Assembly: GCA_024401355.1 (NCBI GenBank)
Contig: JAKSLF010000006.1
Coordinates: 27,096-91,095, forward strand
Source of the DNA: Bacteroidales bacterium
Lineage (GTDB): Bacteria; Bacteroidota; Bacteroidia; Bacteroidales; Marinilabiliaceae
Direction: 5' to 3'
Length of the DNA stretch: 64,000 nt
Shown: positions 57,438-64,000 of the stretch, one piece after another
How positions within the stretch are numbered: the stretch's first letter is position 1
Layout of the letters: every line of letters begins with the position of its first letter
The notes under the pieces: generated by a model
Seen by the model: the letters and a program-made list of their open reading frames with translations, nothing else
Told to the model about the DNA's origin: nothing
Databases searched by the model: none
Position numbers and translations under genes: made by a program

Positions 57438-57445
57438 TACCTTTG
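57438..57445 (+). promoter_or_regulatory. Candidate -7 box (TACCTTTG) for the ABC-F gene
   Basis: It matches TAnnTTTG, 26 nt upstream of the ATG at 57471. Confidence 0.4.
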
Positions 57446-57470
57446 CACCCAAACATTGACAACATCATAT

Positions 57471-59105
57471 ATGATCTCTGTAGATAACATTTCTGTCGAA
57501 TTCGACGCTAAGTCCCTCTTCAAGGGCGTCTCTTTTCAGGTCAACGAAAAAGACCGCATCGCCCTCATGGGCAAGAACGGTGCCGGCAAGAGTACTCTTC
57601 TCAAGATTCTCGCCGGACTGCGTCAGCCTACTACTGGCAAGGTCACTTGTCCTAAGGATACTGTCGTCGCCTATCTCCCTCAGCACATGCTCACCGAGGA
57701 CGGTCGTACTGTCTTCGAAGAGGCATCTCTCGCTTTTGCTCATCTCAAGGAGGCCGAGGCTGAAATCGACGAAATAAACAAGCAGCTCGAAACTCGCACC
57801 GACTACGAGAGCGAGGACTACATGAAGCTCATCGAAAAGGTTACGGCTCTCTCCGAAAAGTTCTATGCTATCGACCTCACTCACTTCGACGAGGATGTCG
57901 AGAAGATGCTTCTCGGACTCGGCTTCGAACGTTCCGATTTCCAGCGTCCTACTTCCGATTTCTCTGGCGGTTGGCGCATGCGTATCGAACTCGCCAAGCT
58001 GCTCCTCCGCGATCCTGATGTACTCCTCCTCGACGAGCCTACCAACCACCTTGATATCGAGTCTATCATCTGGCTCGAGAATTTCATCCGCGATTCTTCC
58101 AAGGCTGTTATCGTCATCAGCCACGACCGTGCTTTCGTCGATGCCATTACCACTCGCACTATCGAGATTTCCATGGGACGCATCTACGACTATAAGGCTT
58201 CATATTCTCACTACCTCGAACTTCGTAAGGAGCGTCGCGAACAGCAGCTCAAGCAATACGAACAGCAGCAGAAGGAAATTGCCGAAACTATGGATTTCAT
58301 CGAGCGTTTCAAAGGCACCTACTCCAAGACCAACCAGGTACAGAGCCGTGTCCGCATGCTCGAGAAACTCGAAATAATCGAGGTCGACGAGGAAGATACT
58401 TCGTCCATCCACCTCACGTTCCCACCTTCGCCTCGCAGCGGACAATGGCCAGTTGTCGCTACCGATATCTCCAAGGCTTATGGCGATCATGTCGTCTTCT
58501 CCAATGCCAATTTCTCTATCGAACGTGGTAATAAGGTCGCTTTCGTCGGACGCAACGGTGAAGGTAAGTCCACTATGGTCAAGTGTATCATGGAGGAAAT
58601 CGAACATGGCGGAACTATGAATATCGGACATAATGTTCAGATCGGCTATTTCGCTCAGAATCAGGCTTCACTCCTCGATGGCGAACTTACTGTCTTCCAG
58701 ACTATCGACACTATCGCCAAGGGCGACATCCGCACCAAGATTCGTAACATGCTCGGCGCTTTCATGTTCTCCGGCGACGCTCTCGACAAGAAGGTTAAGG
58801 TCCTCTCTGGTGGCGAACGCACTCGTCTCGCTATCCTCCGACTCCTTTTCTCGCCTGTCAATCTTCTCATCCTCGACGAGCCGACTAACCATCTCGATCT
58901 CAAGACCAAGGATGTCCTCAAGCAGGCTCTCGTCGAATACGATGGCACTCTCATCCTCGTCTCACACGACCGAGATTTCCTCAACGGACTTGTCACTAAG
59001 GTCTTCGAGTTCGGACATCAACGTGTCAAGGAAAATCTCTGCGGTATTGCCGAATATCTCGAACTCAAGAAGATGGAGAGTCTTCGCGAACTCGAACGCA
59101 AATAG
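57471..59105 (+). CDS. ABC-F family ATPase (two ABC cassettes, no TM domain)
   Basis: Walker A GKNGAGKST and GRNGEGKST, signatures LSGGWRMR (as FSGGWRMR) and LSGGERTR, and an inter-domain charged linker. ATG 57471 is preferred over the listed TTG at 57456. Confidence 0.9.
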   Translation: MISVDNISVEFDAKSLFKGVSFQVNEKDRIALMGKNGAGKSTLLKILAGLRQPTTGKVTCPKDTVVAYLPQHMLTEDGRTVFEEASLAFAHLKEAEAEIDEINKQLETRTDYESEDYMKLIEKVTALSEKFYAIDLTHFDEDVEKMLLGLGFERSDFQRPTSDFSGGWRMRIELAKLLLRDPDVLLLDEPTNHLDIESIIWLENFIRDSSKAVIVISHDRAFVDAITTRTIEISMGRIYDYKASYSHYLELRKERREQQLKQYEQQQKEIAETMDFIERFKGTYSKTNQVQSRVRMLEKLEIIEVDEEDTSSIHLTFPPSPRSGQWPVVATDISKAYGDHVVFSNANFSIERGNKVAFVGRNGEGKSTMVKCIMEEIEHGGTMNIGHNVQIGYFAQNQASLLDGELTVFQTIDTIAKGDIRTKIRNMLGAFMFSGDALDKKVKVLSGGERTRLAILRLLFSPVNLLILDEPTNHLDLKTKDVLKQALVEYDGTLILVSHDRDFLNGLVTKVFEFGHQRVKENLCGIAEYLELKKMESLRELERK

Positions 59106-59184
59106 TAGGGTAGAACATTCCTTTTTCAGAACCTGTTTTTTACCTATATATTATATAGAGTGAATTTTTTTTACAATATAAATT

Positions 59185-59240
59185 GTGCATATTTGCTAAA
59201 TTGTGTAAATTTGGAGCAAATATGCACTTTATTTTTTTTT
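59185..59240 (+). terminator. 13-bp perfect inverted repeat plus T-run: terminator of the ABC-F gene and/or attenuator/operator before the HTCS gene
   Basis: GTGCATATTTGCT (59185-59197) pairs with AGCAAATATGCAC (59215-59227), followed by TTTATTTTTTTTT. A direct repeat AAATTGTG lies at 59181 and 59198. Confidence 0.55.
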
Positions 59241-59259
59241 ACCATAGAAAACAGACCTT

Positions 59260-62200
59260 ATGCTTAAATTTCAACATATTTCGCTCTGCCGATGTTTGTC
59301 GCTCTTCTTTGGCTTGCTCTTGTCGCTCTGCTCTTGGGCTCAGAATATTCTGCGATTCGACTTCTACAGTTCTCGCGATGGTCTTTCACAAAATACTGTC
59401 TACAGCCTCTACTGTGACTCCAAAGGTTTCCTCTGGGTCGGTACTATGAATGGTCTCAACCGATTCGATGGTGCTAATTTCAAGGTCTACAGTAGCGACT
59501 ACTTTATCGACGATTCTTATCTCAGCAACCGCATCGAACGTATCTGGGAAGACAATTCCGGACATATCTGGAGCGAAACTTACGATGGCTCCTATGTCTA
59601 TTTCAACCAGCGTTTCGAGTCTTTCGGTTGCGTCCCTCACAGTTCCGACGGACGCCACGAGTCCGCCACTAGCTTCTGCCAATATTCCGATAGTGTCGTC
59701 TTTGTCGGAGCCGAACATTCCGGCATCTACAAACTCTCTGTTGTCAACGGCAACTATCTCGTCGAGAATATTCCTGTCATCACCAAACCCGATGCTCGTG
59801 TCGAAGCTCTCCTTGTCGACTCCAAGTCCAACCTTTGGGTCTCTACCGATAAGGGTCTTGCTCGCTTCTCTCGTCAGCAGATCGAACAGTCTGACTACTC
59901 ACCCGAGATTATCGCTCCCGATGTCAGGTTCTCTTCTGCCACTTGTGTCGCCGGCGATTGTCTGCTCTTCGGCACCAAGGCTAGCGGACTCCTTGTCTAC
60001 AATGTCAAGTCATCCAAGGCCGACTTCCACTCGCAGATCAGTCCTTCTTCTACGGTCTCGCTTCTTACTACGATTGCCGATGGTAGTGTCATTCTTGCCA
60101 CTTCCGACGCTCACGCTTTTATTCTCAATGCCGACCTCTCTACCGTCACTCCTCTTTCCTACCATGGCGAGGGCAAGAGCATTGTCGAAAATGTCTATGT
60201 CGACCGCTTCCGACAGGCGTGGATAACTACTGCCAACCCTGGCGTCACTCGTGTCAACCTTGTCACGATGAAGAGCCGCTACTACGAACTCGTCCCTAAG
60301 GAAATAAGTGCCAGCATCGACCGCGAACGACCTTATTTCTACGAAGACTCTCAGGGCAATCTCTGGATAGGTCTTCATGGTGGCGGACTTATGCTCTACG
60401 ACCGCAATGCTGACAGTTTTACTGCCTATCGCAACAATATTCGCAACCAGAGTTCTATTCCTTCCGATATCGTCCATTGCATTGTCGAGGACAAGAGTGG
60501 TCAGCTTTGGGTCGGCACGGGCATGTATCGTGGTGGTCTTTCCAAGGCTGTCGTCGAGAATAAGGCTTTCGTTAGTGTCGTTCCAGTGCCTGTTGTCAAG
60601 ACTCAAACCGACAATGTCGTGCGTTGCATTTTCGAAGACCCCGAACACAATGTCTGGGCCGCTACCAAAAGCGGACGTCTCACGATCTTCTCGCTCGACG
60701 GCAAGATTCTACACTCTCTCGATGGTTTCCGCACTACCGACGGACGAACTGTCCAAGCTGTCGCCTATAGCATCATCCTCCATTCCGATGGACATTTATA
60801 TATAGGTACTAAAGGCGAGGGACTTTTTGTCAGCAAGCAAAAGATTAATTTTGCCAATCTCTCTGGCGACAATCTCACTTTCTATCATTTCCATGTCGAC
60901 TCCGACACGCCTTCGGTCTCGTCCGAATCTCGAGGAAATAATAGCGACAATATCTATAGTCTTGTCGAAGACGAACAAGGTTACGTCTGGGCTGCTACCT
61001 ACGGCAGCGGTCTCTTCCGTCTCCGTTTCAAGGAGGCGTCGTCTTCTCTCGACATCTCTTCTTCCTATTCTACGAGAAACAGCAACCTCCTTTCCGACAA
61101 GACTCGTTTCGTCACTATCGACTCGTCGGGCAATCTCTGGGTCGCTACAACCAACGGCATCTGCCAACTCACCAAGGAGAAGTATTTCGCACCTGCTTCG
61201 TTCGACCGCTCTTCATGCTTCACTCACTTTGTGCATAGCGTCAACAAGCCTTCACTCTCCTACAACGATGTCTGCTACATCTACGAGGATTCTCGACATG
61301 TCATCTATTTCGCTACCATGGGCGGCGGTCTCACGTCTCTCTCTTTCGGCATCGATGGCACTCCTCACTACGAGGTCTTCGATACTGGCAACGGACTTAG
61401 CCACAATGCTGTCTATGGCATCGTCGAGGATAATCTTGGCAATCTTTGGGTCTCTACCGAAAGTGGTCTTACCAGCATCGACGCTGCTTCACATACTTCT
61501 GTGGTCTACAATCGTTCTACCGGACTTGTCTTCGGCACGTTCTCCGAGTCTACTCTTTGCAAGCTCTCTAACGGTTCGATTGCTTTTGGCGGTTACCTCG
61601 GTTTCATCCTTGTTTCGCCTCTCCACATCGCGTCTACTCCTTACATGAGCAAGCTCGTCTTCACCGGACTCTCTATCGCCAACCGCGAGCAGAAACCCGG
61701 CCCCGACGAACCTATTACCGAGAGTATCAACTTCGCTCGACAGATTACTCTTTCTTACAACCAGTCTAACCTCTCTATCACATATCAGGCTCTCGACTAT
61801 CTCGCTCCCGAGAACATCCAGTACGCCTATATGCTCAAGGGACTCGATGCCGACTGGAACTATGTCGGCAACCAGACTCGTGCTGTCTATACCAGCCTTC
61901 AGCCTGGCGACTACGAGTTCATGGTCAAGCATACCTATCGCAATGGTACATGGAGCGATAATGTCCGCTCTATTCGCGTCGTTGTTACGGCTCCTTGGTG
62001 GCGCACGTGGTGGGCTTATCTGCTCTACGCAATCGTCATCTTTGGACTTGTATATCTTTTCTTCCACTACCTCAACAGCATCAGCAGATATCAACGCGAA
62101 CTCAGTCTCGAAAAGAAGATCAACGAGATCAAGCTGCAGTTCTTCACCAATATCGCTCATGAGATACGTACTCCTCTCACGCTCATCGTTTCGCCTATCG

Positions 62201-63864
62201 AGTCGCTCGTCTCGTCCGATCTGCCACGGAATGTACACAACCAGCTCATGATCATCAAGCGTAATTCCAACCGCATTCTTCTTCTCGTCAACCAGCTTCT
62301 CGACTTCCGCAAGATTCAAAACAAGCGTATGAATCTTAAGGTGTCACAGGTCGACCTCGGTACGTTCGTATCTCAGGTTGGCGACGGATTTACTCTTCTT
62401 GCCGATCACAAGCACATCGATTTCAATACTGTCATTCAGCCTGGCATGAATCCTGTCTGGGTCGACACTACCGAAATCGATACCGTGGTCTACAATCTTC
62501 TCTCTAATGCTATGAAGTTTACCGACGCCGGCAAGCGTGTCACTCTCAGCATTAGCCAAGACGAACAGTACAGCTACATCAAGGTCATCGACCAGGGTTG
62601 CGGCATCAAGGATGTCGACCCCGATGTTCTCTTCAAACGCTATACTATCCTCTCTACAACCGACCTTTCCGGCACAGGCATCGGACTCTCGCTCGCCTAC
62701 GAACTTGTCGAACTACATAAGGGCAAGCTCCTCGTCGAATCCGAGGTTGGCAAGGGCTCTACTTTCACAGTCCGCCTCCTCAACGGTTGCAAGCATTTCG
62801 AGAACAATCCAGCGGTTTCTTTCACCGATTCCGTTTCTCAAAAGCGTTTCGCCGTTCTTCCCGATGTCCAGATTGATAATGCCGATAGCGACGACGAGTT
62901 CGCTGACGACGGACGCCGCACTCTTCTTGTCGTCGAGGACAATCCTGAGATTCTCGACTACCTCAAGTTGTCGTTCCGCTCTTCGTTCAATGTGCTGACT
63001 GCTACCAACGGCAAGGAGGCTCTTGTACTCGCTCACGACCAGATGCCTTCTGTCATCCTTTCCGACCTCATGATGCCTGTGATGGACGGACAGGAGATGA
63101 TCCGACACATCAAGGACGATATCACGACTAGCCACATTCCTATTATCGCTCTAACGGCAAAGGCTTCGACACAAGACGAGATTGATGCTCTCAAGATGGG
63201 CTTCGATGCCTATATCCCTAAGCCTTTCAATGTCGAACATGTCAAGGCTGTTATCAACAATATTCTCACTCGCCGCGAACAGTTGGCCGCTCAGCTTGCT
63301 GGCTTGCGACCTCTCGCTTCTGCAACTCAGGCTCAGCCACTTGACTCTGCCGACAATGCCACTTCTGCCGATGCAACTGCTGCTGACGTCGTTATCCCAT
63401 CTGCCAACTCTTCTGCCGATGGTGCCGATATTCCAGTTGATGGTGCCGACGACGATTCGACACACAGCAACCGTGGCGAAGACCAGGAGGTCTCTGTCAA
63501 CATTCTCTCCAAGGACGAAGGTTTCGTCCGCGAAATGGTCAAGTTCACCGAAGACAACTACCGCGACGATCTCTCTATCGACCGCTTCGCCGAGCATTTC
63601 CACATGAGTCGTACCGTATTCTATAATAAGGTAAAGGGTCTGACGGGTCAGAGTCCTCTCGAGTTCGTCCGACAGATCAAGTTCAAGATTGCCGAACAGC
63701 TTCTCCAGAAAGGCTACAATGTCTCTGAGGTCGCTTTCGAGATTGGCTATTCCGATGTCAAGTATTTCTCCAAGCAGTTCCGCCAGCAGTATGGCGTCGC
63801 ACCTAGCCAGGTCAAGAAGGAATGGGAAGAAAAAAGCCGAAGCGAAGTGGCTCCGGCTGACTGA
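59260..63864 (+). CDS. Hybrid two-component system protein (beta-propeller/Y_Y_Y sensor, HisKA-HATPase, receiver, AraC-type HTH)
   Basis: 1534 aa with a signal peptide, repeated propeller motifs (W.GT..GL), a TM segment (WWAYLLYAIVIFGLVYLFF), H-box FFTNIAHEIRTPLT, G-box GTGIGLSL, a receiver (LLVVEDNPE...SDLMMPVMDG...KP) and a C-terminal AraC HTH. Confidence 0.9.
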   Translation: MLKFQHISLCRCLSLFFGLLLSLCSWAQNILRFDFYSSRDGLSQNTVYSLYCDSKGFLWVGTMNGLNRFDGANFKVYSSDYFIDDSYLSNRIERIWEDNSGHIWSETYDGSYVYFNQRFESFGCVPHSSDGRHESATSFCQYSDSVVFVGAEHSGIYKLSVVNGNYLVENIPVITKPDARVEALLVDSKSNLWVSTDKGLARFSRQQIEQSDYSPEIIAPDVRFSSATCVAGDCLLFGTKASGLLVYNVKSSKADFHSQISPSSTVSLLTTIADGSVILATSDAHAFILNADLSTVTPLSYHGEGKSIVENVYVDRFRQAWITTANPGVTRVNLVTMKSRYYELVPKEISASIDRERPYFYEDSQGNLWIGLHGGGLMLYDRNADSFTAYRNNIRNQSSIPSDIVHCIVEDKSGQLWVGTGMYRGGLSKAVVENKAFVSVVPVPVVKTQTDNVVRCIFEDPEHNVWAATKSGRLTIFSLDGKILHSLDGFRTTDGRTVQAVAYSIILHSDGHLYIGTKGEGLFVSKQKINFANLSGDNLTFYHFHVDSDTPSVSSESRGNNSDNIYSLVEDEQGYVWAATYGSGLFRLRFKEASSSLDISSSYSTRNSNLLSDKTRFVTIDSSGNLWVATTNGICQLTKEKYFAPASFDRSSCFTHFVHSVNKPSLSYNDVCYIYEDSRHVIYFATMGGGLTSLSFGIDGTPHYEVFDTGNGLSHNAVYGIVEDNLGNLWVSTESGLTSIDAASHTSVVYNRSTGLVFGTFSESTLCKLSNGSIAFGGYLGFILVSPLHIASTPYMSKLVFTGLSIANREQKPGPDEPITESINFARQITLSYNQSNLSITYQALDYLAPENIQYAYMLKGLDADWNYVGNQTRAVYTSLQPGDYEFMVKHTYRNGTWSDNVRSIRVVVTAPWWRTWWAYLLYAIVIFGLVYLFFHYLNSISRYQRELSLEKKINEIKLQFFTNIAHEIRTPLTLIVSPIESLVSSDLPRNVHNQLMIIKRNSNRILLLVNQLLDFRKIQNKRMNLKVSQVDLGTFVSQVGDGFTLLADHKHIDFNTVIQPGMNPVWVDTTEIDTVVYNLLSNAMKFTDAGKRVTLSISQDEQYSYIKVIDQGCGIKDVDPDVLFKRYTILSTTDLSGTGIGLSLAYELVELHKGKLLVESEVGKGSTFTVRLLNGCKHFENNPAVSFTDSVSQKRFAVLPDVQIDNADSDDEFADDGRRTLLVVEDNPEILDYLKLSFRSSFNVLTATNGKEALVLAHDQMPSVILSDLMMPVMDGQEMIRHIKDDITTSHIPIIALTAKASTQDEIDALKMGFDAYIPKPFNVEHVKAVINNILTRREQLAAQLAGLRPLASATQAQPLDSADNATSADATAADVVIPSANSSADGADIPVDGADDDSTHSNRGEDQEVSVNILSKDEGFVREMVKFTEDNYRDDLSIDRFAEHFHMSRTVFYNKVKGLTGQSPLEFVRQIKFKIAEQLLQKGYNVSEVAFEIGYSDVKYFSKQFRQQYGVAPSQVKKEWEEKSRSEVAPAD

Positions 63865-63886
63865 TATCGTTTATATATAATATATC

Positions 63887-64000
63887 TTACTTGAACTCTA
63901 CAACACCAGTGTGGAGGTTGAAGATTGCACCTACAATCTTGATCTTGCCCTCTTCCTCGAGTTCGTTGAGTATCTCGCTCTCCTTGCGTACTCGCTCTAC
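63887..64000 (-). CDS. 3' end of a minus-strand gene that continues beyond the window (possibly a beta-class carbonic anhydrase)
   Basis: Hand translation of the minus strand gives ...VERVRKESEILNELEEEGKIKIVGAIFNLHTGVVEFK-stop (TAA at 63889-63887). The ...GKIKIVGA.Y.L.TG.VEF ending resembles beta-CA C-termini, but only from memory. Confidence 0.35.
   Translation of the reverse strand, partial: VERVRKESEILNELEEEGKIKIVGAIFNLHTGVVEFK

Noticed and set aside
57262-57468. K/E-rich 60-68-aa minus-strand ORFs between the lipoprotein and ABC-F genes.
   Set aside because: They are the translation of a purine-rich strand (AAR/GAR codons), they overlap the ABC-F promoter, and they have no start context or family resemblance.

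Overview
This window looks like Bacteroidota (Bacteroidales) chromosome, possibly Prevotellaceae-like. The evidence is a hybrid two-component regulator with an AraC tail, T9SS C-terminal sorting domains, a PorT-like barrel, a MurF-Alr fusion and TAnnTTTG -7 boxes about 20-35 nt upstream of many start codons. It holds about 57 protein-coding genes, one tRNA-Pro(CGG), and no rRNA, CRISPR array, transposase or integrase. Most genes are housekeeping: era, engB, recQ, ubiE, ispE, murF-alr, nadC, rlmH, lepB, dapB, rplY, prs, two M16 peptidases, a DsbD-like reductase and an ABC-F ATPase.

The clearest accessory segment is about 9.05-15.15 kb, and appears AT-richer than its flanks by eye. It contains three unannotatable plus-strand genes: a small membrane protein, a HicB-like protein, and an ACP-like domain lacking the carrier serine fused to a 4-TM domain. 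These converge on a minus-strand module made of a roughly 310-nt structured leader, an EcoRI-family N6-adenine methyltransferase, a DUF262+HNH nuclease, three 32-bp tandem repeats and an AAA/DUF4143 ATPase.

Other points of interest:
- A second DUF4143 ATPase (26.3 kb) is also preceded by a 32-bp tandem array, here with 5 copies.
- A secreted histidine-rich protein lies next to an M64 peptidase.
- Five related hairpin repeats with compensatory stem changes lie at 28.1-28.4 kb.
- Two tandem 762-aa TPR-TM-SpoIIE phosphatase paralogs.
- TGATAAT heptad arrays occur at two loci.
- A 600-bp strand-asymmetric intergenic region lies at 57 kb.
- A strong strand-composition (GC/purine skew and codon-usage) sign change lies around 44-49 kb, with convergent gene orientation, suggesting a replication terminus or an inversion breakpoint.

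All functional calls come from motif recognition by eye. No database search was run.
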